The notes beneath the pieces were generated by a model. The model made no database searches. It was not told where the DNA came from and worked only from the letters and a program-made list of their open reading frames with translations. From positions 1 to 51,895 of the forward strand of contig CAYHFE010000003.1 of NCBI GenBank assembly GCA_964355375.1: a stretch of DNA of 51,895 bases, written 5' to 3'. This DNA comes from an uncultured Verrucomicrobiota bacterium. GTDB taxonomy: Bacteria > Verrucomicrobiota > Verrucomicrobiia > Limisphaerales > SIBE01. Position 1 is the first letter of the stretch, and every line of letters begins with the position of its first letter. A program made the position numbers and the translations under genes. Below are positions 1-8,003 of this stretch, in pieces.

Positions 1-22
1 ATTCACTTCGTAAAGGTGTCTT

Positions 23-69
23 AAAGGTGTCAGTTCCTAGTTTATAAAGGTGTCAGTTCCTAGTTTATT
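23..69 (+). repeat. REP-like motif, two tandem copies (aaaggtgtcagttcctagtttat) next to the RAYT gene; partial copy at 12..20
   Basis: 23..45 and 47..69 are identical by direct reading. The reverse complement recurs at 1058..1078 on the other side of the gene. Confidence 0.85.
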
Positions 70-1015
70 CAACTTTCAGCCCTCCCGCCTCTTTGCGGTG
101 CTGATAAAAGCGTTTGTTCAAATGCGTCCAGGCTCCCACCTGGAGCCGTTCCGCGATCCATTTGAGCGTCATGGTCGTTTCCTGACGCAAGTGCGCGGCC
201 AGCTTGATCTTCCCCGGGTCGGACTTGCGCCGCACCCGCAAATCTTCCTCTGTCCAGCGCGCTTTCTTCAAGCCCTCCCGCACCACGCGCTCGGCTTTCT
301 CCGCCGCGCTTTCCTGACGCTCCGCTCCGTAGTGGTGCTCCCCCATCCGACCGTCCATCTGTGCGAGCAATTGCCGACGAAAGCTTTCCTCTCCCAGACA
401 CCAACCCCTCCGGACGCTCTTCCAATCGTCACCCGCCTCCTGCGCGCGCCGCTCTTCCATTCGTAACTCGAACTGCTGGCGACCGGCCCGGCTGTCCTGG
501 GGAAGGCCCATTTCTCCGAACAGCCGATCCACCCGCAACCACGGCGGGCGCTGGGTGGAGCCTCGAAGGTATTCAGGAAAGCTGCTCCAAACGAACGCAC
601 GGAGCGGCTGCTCGGCCGTGAGCAATTTGGCTCGCACCGGATTCAAGTGGACGTAGTCGCACACCGTCTTCAGATAGCCGTGGCCGCTCCCATCGACCAC
701 CAGCGCCTGGTAGCGTCCGCTGAACAAAGGCCCGAAAAGCTTGTGGCGGCGATTGAAGCGGCCGGTGGAGGTGCCCAGAAACCATTTCATGCCCGCCACC
801 AAGTTGGCCTGAGGCGTCTCCAGCACCAGATGAAAATGGTTTCCCATCAAACACCAGGCGTGCATCTGCCAGTCGGTCTTGGCGCAGGCCTCGGCCAGAG
901 TTTGGAGAAAGCGTTGCCGGTCCAGATCGTCTTGGAAAATGGGTTCGCGGCGGTCACCCCGGTTCATCACGTGGTAGATGGCTCCTGGATATTGGACCCG
1001 CAGTTTGCGACCCAT
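65..1015 (-). CDS. REP-associated tyrosine transposase (RAYT, IS200-like Y1/HUH transposase)
   Basis: 316 aa. N-terminus YPGAIYHVMNRGDRREPIF, HUH motif within CLMGNHFHLVLE, Tyr region CDYVHLNPVRAKL. Bracketed by inverted REP-like repeats. Confidence 0.85.
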   Translation of the reverse strand: MGRKLRVQYPGAIYHVMNRGDRREPIFQDDLDRQRFLQTLAEACAKTDWQMHAWCLMGNHFHLVLETPQANLVAGMKWFLGTSTGRFNRRHKLFGPLFSGRYQALVVDGSGHGYLKTVCDYVHLNPVRAKLLTAEQPLRAFVWSSFPEYLRGSTQRPPWLRVDRLFGEMGLPQDSRAGRQQFELRMEERRAQEAGDDWKSVRRGWCLGEESFRRQLLAQMDGRMGEHHYGAERQESAAEKAERVVREGLKKARWTEEDLRVRRKSDPGKIKLAAHLRQETTMTLKWIAERLQVGAWTHLNKRFYQHRKEAGGLKVE

Positions 1016-1057
1016 GCAGCGAGCCTGACGTATGCTCCGCGCCGCGTCAGGTGTTAG

Positions 1058-1088
1058 AAACTAGGAACTGACACCTTTTGACACCTTT
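1058..1088 (-). repeat. Inverted copy of the REP-like motif (aaactaggaactgacaccttt) plus a partial copy (gacaccttt)
   Basis: Reverse complement of the 23..43 motif, mirroring the arrangement at the left flank. Confidence 0.85.
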
Positions 1089-1120
1089 TCCTTTTCTGAA
1101 CCCAACGGCATCGCTACGGC

Positions 1121-1819
1121 TCAGGGAGCCGTGTAAATCAGCCAGAGCCCCCCGAGAATGACGAGCACGCCACAGACCGACTTCATCACCCTCATGCCCT
1201 TGGAGCGCTCGTTCCAGTCAAGGAAACGCTGGACGAGTTCGGTGGAGGCGCCGGCCAGCACGATCACGGAACAATGGCCGACACCGTAGGCGAGCAGCAG
1301 GAGCGCGCCGTAGGGGAAGTTCGTCGCTGCCAGCTTGAATGTGACGCCCAGGATCGGCGCCATGTAAGCAAACGTGCAGGGGCCAAGCGCGAGGCCAAAG
1401 ACCAGCCCGAGAATAAACGCGGCCAGGAGGCCCTTTCGTTTCAAACCCACTTGCCCCGGCCCGGAGAACGACAGGGGGATCACCCCCACCAAATGCAGCC
1501 CGACGACGAAAAAGATGAGCGCGACGAAGTAATTCCCGGAGCGCCCCACGTCGCCCATCATCCGACCCGCGGCGGCGGTGATGGCGCCGATGGCCCCGAT
1601 GGTGACCAGGATGCCGATCGCAAAGAGTGAGGCGATACCCGACGCGCGCGCGGTGGACACCCGCCCTTGTCCGCTGATGAAACCGACGATAAGCGGGATG
1701 CTGGCCAGATGGCACGGGCTGAGGACAATGCTTAGGATGCCCCAGACGGCCGACGCGCCCAGCGCCAGCAGGGGCCCGCCTTCCACCGCGTGAGCGAGAT
1801 TCGTGAAGAGTTGTTCCAT
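1121..1819 (-). CDS. ccdA: Cytochrome c biogenesis / thiol-disulfide electron transporter, CcdA/DsbD-TM family
   Basis: 232 aa polytopic membrane protein. Conserved Cys in SPCHLASIPL and LGPCTFAYMAP is typical of CcdA/DsbD transmembrane domains. Confidence 0.8.
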   Translation of the reverse strand: MEQLFTNLAHAVEGGPLLALGASAVWGILSIVLSPCHLASIPLIVGFISGQGRVSTARASGIASLFAIGILVTIGAIGAITAAAGRMMGDVGRSGNYFVALIFFVVGLHLVGVIPLSFSGPGQVGLKRKGLLAAFILGLVFGLALGPCTFAYMAPILGVTFKLAATNFPYGALLLLAYGVGHCSVIVLAGASTELVQRFLDWNERSKGMRVMKSVCGVLVILGGLWLIYTAP

Positions 1820-1865
1820 GCTTCGAGTGGTCAGTAATCACTGATCACCGATTACTGACTCCTGG

Positions 1866-3170
1866 CTACTTGCACTCGCCGAGCTTGCACGCTTTGGCGA
1901 TTTGTTCCGGTGAGAGCTTCATCTTGTCGGCCAGCGCTTGCGCGATGGTGATTTGCCGGCCCGTCATCGCGGGGCGGGCCTCGAGCCATTTTTTCAGGTT
2001 ATCCGCGTTGACGAAGAATCCCTGCTTGAAGCAGCCGGCGGAAACCCATTTGCCGTCCGCGCTCCGGTTCTGGCCGAACCATGCCACCGCTGTTTCGGGT
2101 TCGAGCGACGCGATGCTGCCATTCAAGGTCTTTACGCGGATGAGTTCGCCGGTCAGACCATCACGGGCTTCGACCTCGATGTCCTGCTTGAGCCGCGCCG
2201 CCACGCCCATTGAGCAGTGAGTGCAGCAGCCGTAACCGTGCGTGGCGCCGAACTTCACGCCGCAGGCATCCTCGGGATACACCGCGCGGTCGCAAAAGGC
2301 GCAGCGTGTGGCGAGTTCTTTGGAGCGAAGCACATCCCAAGCGAGCAGATTGCCGGGACTGGTCTGTTGCGCCTTCGCAGCGGCGGCATGGTCGGCAAAC
2401 GCCTGAGTTGTGGGCCGGCCCTTGGCGTCCAGGCCGTAGAGATAGGTCGATGCCTTGGCCGCCACGAGATTGCCGCTCGCCCAATCGGTCACACTGACCT
2501 TGGCTTCCTCCGCCTTTGGATCCGCTCCCACCAAGCTGGAGAAGTAGATGAAGTAGCAATGCGGAGAGCACAAGACGCGCTGCTCACTCTGCCCCTTCAC
2601 TACCGTCCGGGTCTTGGGATTCACGTCCTCGTCACAGAGAAAACAAACCGAGTCGCGCGGACGTGTGTCCGGCCGCACGGGCGTTTCGCGAACAATGCCG
2701 GCCGTCGATGCTCCGCCGCGAACATCCACGCCCAGTTCCTTCCACTGGCCAAGAATGTCTTCTTTGCTGAAGAAGCCGACGTGGCGGAATCGTTCCTGGC
2801 CTTTGGCGTCGTAGAAGATCTGGGTCGGAATCACGTCAATGCCATACTGCTTGCCGGCGTCTGGATTCTCCCACACGTCAATGAACTCCGTGATGAAGCG
2901 ATCCGCGTAGTCGCGTTTTAGCTCCGCGAGGATGGGCGCCATCATTTTACACGGGATGCACTTGCCCGCGCCGAGGTCGACCATCTTGGGCAACTTCGTG
3001 ATGGCGACCGGCGCTGTCGTGGCGGCCGGGCCTTCAGCCGTCCGTCCGGCCGCAACTGGTGCCGGAACGGGGTTGGTCTCAGTAGGGTTTTTGCTCTTTT
3101 TGAGGGCGACGGCTCCGACAACGACCACGGCAAGCGCGGTCACGATGAGGATTTTCACAGGTGTATTCAT
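1866..3170 (-). CDS. Membrane-anchored thioredoxin-domain protein with a C-terminal Cys-rich (TRASH/YHS-like) region
   Basis: 434 aa. N-terminal TM anchor; thioredoxin motif GAGKCIPCKMMAPIL. The C-terminal half has two C-x2-C...C-x3-C patterns (CFLCDEDV...LCSPHC and CAFCDRAV...CCTHC). Confidence 0.7.
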   Translation of the reverse strand: MNTPVKILIVTALAVVVVGAVALKKSKNPTETNPVPAPVAAGRTAEGPAATTAPVAITKLPKMVDLGAGKCIPCKMMAPILAELKRDYADRFITEFIDVWENPDAGKQYGIDVIPTQIFYDAKGQERFRHVGFFSKEDILGQWKELGVDVRGGASTAGIVRETPVRPDTRPRDSVCFLCDEDVNPKTRTVVKGQSEQRVLCSPHCYFIYFSSLVGADPKAEEAKVSVTDWASGNLVAAKASTYLYGLDAKGRPTTQAFADHAAAAKAQQTSPGNLLAWDVLRSKELATRCAFCDRAVYPEDACGVKFGATHGYGCCTHCSMGVAARLKQDIEVEARDGLTGELIRVKTLNGSIASLEPETAVAWFGQNRSADGKWVSAGCFKQGFFVNADNLKKWLEARPAMTGRQITIAQALADKMKLSPEQIAKACKLGECK

Positions 3171-3244
3171 AGTTTAGTTTGGGGTAACGCTTTCCCGTAT
3201 CACATTTGACATGCACGAGTTGCCGCACGCTGGGCGCGCCATGT

Positions 3245-3475
3245 TCATGCGAGCAGTTTCTTGAGTTCCGGCACGCTGGGCACTTTGCCGGATACCTTGA
3301 TGGTGCCGTTCACGGCCAGAGCGGGTGTCATCATCACGCCCAAGGCCATGATTTGTTTGAGGTCGGTGACCTTGTTGATTTCGGCGGTGAGGCCGAGTTC
3401 TTTGACGGCTTGTTCGGTGAATTGCGCGAGGGTTTTGCACTTCGAGCAACCGGGTCCAATCACGAGGATTTGCAT
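3245..3475 (-). CDS. Small thioredoxin-fold protein (redox-active disulfide protein 2 / glutaredoxin-like family)
   Basis: 76 aa, MQILVIGPGCSKCKTL... with a CxxC motif, typical of this family. Sits between the permease and the thioredoxin gene. Confidence 0.8.
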   Translation of the reverse strand: MQILVIGPGCSKCKTLAQFTEQAVKELGLTAEINKVTDLKQIMALGVMMTPALAVNGTIKVSGKVPSVPELKKLLA

Positions 3476-3498
3476 AAGGCGATTCCTTTGGTTTGAGG

Positions 3499-4803
3499 TT
3501 AAAACAATGCTCCGTAAATCAGCCCCGTGACCGTGGCCATCACGATGACGAGCCCGACATAAACCGCCGTCTTTGGTGTGCCCATCACGGTGCGCAGAAC
3601 CAGCATGCTTTGGAGCGAAAGGGCCGGACCGGCCAGCAACAGCGCGAGAGCGGGGCCTTGCCCCATGCCGCGGCCAATCAATCCTTGCAGAATCGGCACT
3701 TCAGTGAGCGTCGCGAAATACATGAAGGCGCCGACCACGGACGCGAGGACATTGGCTCGCAGCGAATTGCCGCCGACCGCCGCTGTGATCCAATCGGATG
3801 GAATGATGCCTTCCTGGCCTGGACGCCCGAGAAAGAATCCCGCCGCCAGCACGCCGAGGAGCAGCAGGGGCGTGATCTGTTTGGCAAATGTCCAGGTGGA
3901 AGAAAACCATTCGCCGGTTTCGTCCTGACTGGTGCTCGTGATGATGGACAATCCGACAACGCCGAACACGAAGGGAATCATTGGTTGGTGCGGAAACACG
4001 AACGCCAGCACGGTCGCGGGGACCGCCACCGCCAGCACCTTCCACCACGCCACTGCGAACCAGCGCACGAGCACCGAGCCCAAAGCCGCCGCACAGGCCG
4101 CCGTGATCGGCCATTTCATCAGCCAGATGGCGTGCCAGATTCCGGCGTTCTCCATCGGTTTGGCCCAATTGGCGAATACGAGAATGCCCACCATGGAGGC
4201 GAAATAGATGAGGTTATGCCAGAGTGGACGCTTCACTTCCGGCTCGGACAAGAGCGCCGCAGCTTCGGCCTTGGCCAATTCCTCCTTGCGGAAAATCAGG
4301 TGCATGAGCAATCCGATCACCACACTGAACACCACCGCGCCCACGGCTCGCGCGATGCCGAGTTTCAATCCAAGCACGCGCGCCGTCAGGACGATGGCCA
4401 GCACATTGATGGCCGGACCGGAGTAAAGGAACGCCGTGGCCGGGCCGAGCCCCGCGCCCCTGCGCCAAATGCCCGCGAACAACGGCAGCACCGTGCAAGA
4501 GCAGACCGCGAGGATCGTTCCCGATATCGAGGCCACGCCGTAGGCCAGAGCCTTGTTCGCCTTTGGCCCGAGATACTTCATCACCGAGGCCTGACTGACG
4601 AACACGCCAATCGCCCCCGCGATGAAGAACGCCGGGATGAGGCAAAGGATGACATGCTCCCGCGCATACCACTTCACGAGTTCAAACCCCTCGGTCACGG
4701 CGCGGTCGAAGCGCGGCCGGCCGACCGGCAGGTAGAAACAGGCCAGAAACAGGCCGGCGATGAGTGCCAGCGGCTTCCATTCGATCTTCCGGTTCGTTGT
4801 CAT
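3499..4803 (-). CDS. Polytopic permease, ArsP_1/DUF318-like family
   Basis: 434 aa with many TM helices. A vicinal Cys motif (ILAVCSCTVLPLF) resembles the CSC motif of ArsP-type permeases. Lies downstream of arsR. Confidence 0.7.
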   Translation of the reverse strand: MTTNRKIEWKPLALIAGLFLACFYLPVGRPRFDRAVTEGFELVKWYAREHVILCLIPAFFIAGAIGVFVSQASVMKYLGPKANKALAYGVASISGTILAVCSCTVLPLFAGIWRRGAGLGPATAFLYSGPAINVLAIVLTARVLGLKLGIARAVGAVVFSVVIGLLMHLIFRKEELAKAEAAALLSEPEVKRPLWHNLIYFASMVGILVFANWAKPMENAGIWHAIWLMKWPITAACAAALGSVLVRWFAVAWWKVLAVAVPATVLAFVFPHQPMIPFVFGVVGLSIITSTSQDETGEWFSSTWTFAKQITPLLLLGVLAAGFFLGRPGQEGIIPSDWITAAVGGNSLRANVLASVVGAFMYFATLTEVPILQGLIGRGMGQGPALALLLAGPALSLQSMLVLRTVMGTPKTAVYVGLVIVMATVTGLIYGALF

Positions 4804-4820
4804 TTAGCCAATGTGCTAAA
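4803..4820. promoter_or_regulatory. Palindrome TTTAGCCAATGTGCTAAA, candidate ArsR operator
   Basis: TTAGC-N6-GCTAA inverted repeat abutting the permease start codon. A near-identical site is at 5168..5185. Confidence 0.45.
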
Positions 4821-4848
4821 TTCTCGGGCAAAAAAATACCGCCACGAA

Positions 4849-5151
4849 TCAATTCCCACCGCGGTTGACTTGGACGGCCTCGATGCACTTGAAGAAGTTC
4901 AACACGCACGGCACGCGCAACCGGTAAAACACCTGGGCGCCCCGCTTTTCATCCTCGAGGATGCCGGCGTTCTTGAGCACGCTCAGATGTCGGGATACGG
5001 TCGGCATTTCGGCATCAATCAGGTCGGTGAGATCGCAGACGCAGCGTTCGCCGCGCGCGAGTTCGTCCACGATGAACAGGCGGGTCGGATGAGCCAGGGC
5101 CTTGATGATGCGGGCCTGGGCTTTGTATTGAGCTTGAGCGGCGGCGGTCAT
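4849..5151 (-). CDS. ArsR/SmtB family metalloregulatory transcription factor
   Basis: 100 aa from the Met at 5151. Contains IIKALAHPTRLFIVDELARGERCVCDLTDL...VSRHLSVLKNAGIL, a winged HTH with a CVC metal-site motif. Confidence 0.85.
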   Translation of the reverse strand: MTAAAQAQYKAQARIIKALAHPTRLFIVDELARGERCVCDLTDLIDAEMPTVSRHLSVLKNAGILEDEKRGAQVFYRLRVPCVLNFFKCIEAVQVNRGGN

Positions 5152-5167
5152 AGTCGCTGTTTGCACA

Positions 5168-5185
5168 ATTAGCCAAGTCGCTAAA
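5168..5185. promoter_or_regulatory. Palindrome ATTAGCCAAGTCGCTAAA, candidate ArsR operator in the arsR promoter region
   Basis: TTAGC-N6-GCTAA, 17-34 nt upstream of the arsR ATG. Matches 4803..4820 at most positions. Confidence 0.45.
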
Positions 5186-5340
5186 CTGGGCTCCCCGGAT
5201 CTTGGCTTTTGTTGACCGCGGGTTGACCTCGTTTTCAATCAACTCGTCCGGGGTGTGTTTCGCCTTGTGTTCCCGCGGGGTCGCGGATATTGCTGGTCCG
5301 TCTGAGCCGAATATCACCGTTGGCCCTGCATTCTTTGCGC

Positions 5341-7977
5341 ATGGGTTCGATTTGTCAGAGTTCTGGCCCGGTTGGGCCGTCACCGCGTCTCGTTCGCCAG
5401 GGCTCCTACGGCCTCGGCCTCGTGGTGGCGCTCTACTTTTGGGTTCCAATGGCTTTTGCCCAGGATTCGGAACGCCCCATCAACCAGTTCAGCCACGAAA
5501 CCTGGCAGAATAAGAATGGCCTCCCGCAGAACTCCGTCCATGCGGTGGTCCAAACCCGCGATGGCTATCTTTGGATGGGAACTCAGGAAGGGCTGGTGCG
5601 ATTTGATGGCGTTCGGTTCGTCGTCTTCGACCGCACCACGACACCCCAGATTCAGGTCAATCATATCCTGGCGCTTTGCGAGGACAAGGACGGGACGCTT
5701 TGGATTGGAACCTACGGGGGAGGACTGGTCGCGTTCCGCGACGGCCGGTTTCGGAGCTACGGGGCGAGCGATGGACTTCCGGGTCAGTCCATAATGGCTC
5801 TGGCCGAGGACCGGGCCGGCGCGCTTTGGATTGCGACGCAGGATGCCGGGGTGACCCGCCGGACGGCCCAGGGATTCAAGAATTACACGACCGCGCAAGG
5901 CCTGGGCAGTCTTTCCACCTCGTCCGTTGCGGTGGATTCGGACGGCTTGGTGTGGGTGGGAACGGCCAGCGGACTCAGCCAGTTCGACCAGGAGCGATTC
6001 GTCACCTTCACCGCGCGGGACGGACTCGCCACCGACACCGTCACGGCGTTGGCCGGCGATGCCGAGGGGAGCTTATGGGTGGGCACTGACGTCGGTCTGA
6101 CGCGGTGGCGACGGGATGGAGTCGTCACCTACGCCGTTCAAGATGGACTGGCGCACAATTCGATCCGGGCGCTTTACGTGGATGCGGCTGGCAGCCTCTG
6201 GGTGGGCACGCATGGAGGCGTGACCCGGCTTAGTCGCGGCCAGTTCAGCAGCATCACGAGCCGCGATGGTCTGCTCAGTGAATCCGTGATCTCGGTCTTC
6301 CAGGATCGCGAAGGCAGCTACTGGATCGGGACCGACGGCGGAGGAGTCAGCCGATGGCGCGATGCCAGCTTCGTCAGCTTCGGCACCCGGCACGGACTTC
6401 TGAGCGAGCGGATCGTCGCGATCACCGGCAGCAGTCGCGGCGGTTTTTGGGTGGGCACGGACAGCGGCCAGATCTATCAGTTTCAGAACAACCGTTTCGT
6501 GCGCCTGCCTACCGATGAGAAGGCGCCCATTCCCAACACGGAGATCCGCGCCCTGCTCGAGGATCGCCAAGGGAACCTCTGGATTGGCGGCCCGCCCCAG
6601 CTCTTGCGCTGGCGAGAGGGGCAGTGGGTGGTTTACGACCGGGCGAACGGGCTGCCCAGCTTCCCAGTCCGAGTCATTTTTGAGGACCGGGAAGGCCGGA
6701 TTTGGGTCGGGACGCGCGGCGGAGGCTTGAGCCGGGTGGAAGGGGACCGGCTCGTGACCTTCACGACCCGGGATGGCCTGGCTGATGACCGCGTCCGCGC
6801 GATGCTCCAAGACAAGGACGGCGCGCTGTGGATTGGCACGTACGGGGGTCTGACGCGGTGGCAGGACGGCAAGTTCACGGTCTTCACGACCGCGCACGGA
6901 CTCTCGCACAACTTTGTCCGGACACTGGAACTCGATGACGAGGATGGAACGCTTTGGATTGGCACCTACGGCGGCGGGCTCGACCGGATGAGGAATGGGC
7001 GCATTAACACCTACCGCACTCGCGACGGGTTGCGAAGCGACGGGCTGTTTCAGATCCTGGATGACCGCCGGGGAAGCCTTTGGATGAGCTGCAACCTGGG
7101 CGTCTTCCGGGTTGACAAGAGCGAGCTCGAGGATTTTGCCCAGGGCCGGCTCAAATCGATTTCATCCACCGCCTTCGACGAGGCGGACGGCATGGAGAAC
7201 CGGGAGTGTAACGGCGGCAGCCCGGCGGGCTGGCGGACGGAGGACGGGCGGCTCTGGTTCCCGACGTTGCAGGGGGTGGCGATGGTGGACCCGGGCCGCT
7301 TGCGTCGCAATGCCCTGCCTCCGCCAGTCGTGTTGGAAGAGGTCCGAGTGGAGGGCCGCCTCATCCAGGCGGGCGAACACCTGCCGGCCGGGAGCGAGCG
7401 GTTCGAGTTTCACTTCACCGGCCTAAGCTTTGTCGCGCCGTCGCGGATGCGTTTCGCCTATCAACTCGAGGGGTTCGATCCGGGATGGATCGACGCGGGC
7501 TTGGAGCGATCCGCCAGCTACACGTTCCTCCCCTCGCGGAAGTATCGGTTCCAGGTCAAGGCTGCCAATAACGACGGCGTCTGGAGCACCACCATCGCCT
7601 CGTTCGATTTCACATTGCGCCCCCATCTCTATCAAACCCGGTGGTTCTACGGGCTATGCGGACTGCTGCTCGTGGCCGCCGGAGCTGGGATCTATCATCT
7701 GCGGGCGCGCCAACTGCTCCAGCGCCAGCGCGAACTGCAAGCGAAAATCGACGACGCGGTGAGCCAAATCAAGACGCTCCAGGGACTCTTGCCCATCTGC
7801 GCCTGGTGCAAACGGGTGCGCGATGACCGCGGCTACTGGAACCAGATCGAGGTCTATATCCGGGATCATTCCCAGGCCGAGTTCAGCCACGGCATCTGCC
7901 CGGATTGCGTGCGCAAGTTCGAATTCGGGGACGAGAGCGACCACGCCAAGGGCTCTCCCGGGAATCGCCCAAAGTAA
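5341..7977 (+). CDS. Periplasmic double beta-propeller (two-component regulator propeller repeats) plus Y_Y_Y domain sensor with one TM helix and a C-terminal Cys4 module
   Basis: More than 12 repeats of the D..G.LW.GT..GL type. Y_Y_Y-like segment FEFHFTGLSF...YRFQVKAANNDGVWS. TM helix WFYGLCGLLLVAAGAGIY, a coiled coil, then LPICAWCKRVRDDRGYW...FSHGICPDC. The ORF opens at 5290 (TTG); the ATG at 5341 is preferred. Confidence 0.8.
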   Translation: MGSICQSSGPVGPSPRLVRQGSYGLGLVVALYFWVPMAFAQDSERPINQFSHETWQNKNGLPQNSVHAVVQTRDGYLWMGTQEGLVRFDGVRFVVFDRTTTPQIQVNHILALCEDKDGTLWIGTYGGGLVAFRDGRFRSYGASDGLPGQSIMALAEDRAGALWIATQDAGVTRRTAQGFKNYTTAQGLGSLSTSSVAVDSDGLVWVGTASGLSQFDQERFVTFTARDGLATDTVTALAGDAEGSLWVGTDVGLTRWRRDGVVTYAVQDGLAHNSIRALYVDAAGSLWVGTHGGVTRLSRGQFSSITSRDGLLSESVISVFQDREGSYWIGTDGGGVSRWRDASFVSFGTRHGLLSERIVAITGSSRGGFWVGTDSGQIYQFQNNRFVRLPTDEKAPIPNTEIRALLEDRQGNLWIGGPPQLLRWREGQWVVYDRANGLPSFPVRVIFEDREGRIWVGTRGGGLSRVEGDRLVTFTTRDGLADDRVRAMLQDKDGALWIGTYGGLTRWQDGKFTVFTTAHGLSHNFVRTLELDDEDGTLWIGTYGGGLDRMRNGRINTYRTRDGLRSDGLFQILDDRRGSLWMSCNLGVFRVDKSELEDFAQGRLKSISSTAFDEADGMENRECNGGSPAGWRTEDGRLWFPTLQGVAMVDPGRLRRNALPPPVVLEEVRVEGRLIQAGEHLPAGSERFEFHFTGLSFVAPSRMRFAYQLEGFDPGWIDAGLERSASYTFLPSRKYRFQVKAANNDGVWSTTIASFDFTLRPHLYQTRWFYGLCGLLLVAAGAGIYHLRARQLLQRQRELQAKIDDAVSQIKTLQGLLPICAWCKRVRDDRGYWNQIEVYIRDHSQAEFSHGICPDCVRKFEFGDESDHAKGSPGNRPK

Positions 7978-8003
7978 ACGAGAGAAAGCGGCCGACCCAA
8001 CCG

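Noticed and set aside
3493-5172. 559-aa plus-strand ORF over the permease and arsR region
   Set aside because: It is antisense to two well-supported genes. The sequence is highly charged, Arg/His/Glu-rich and low-complexity.
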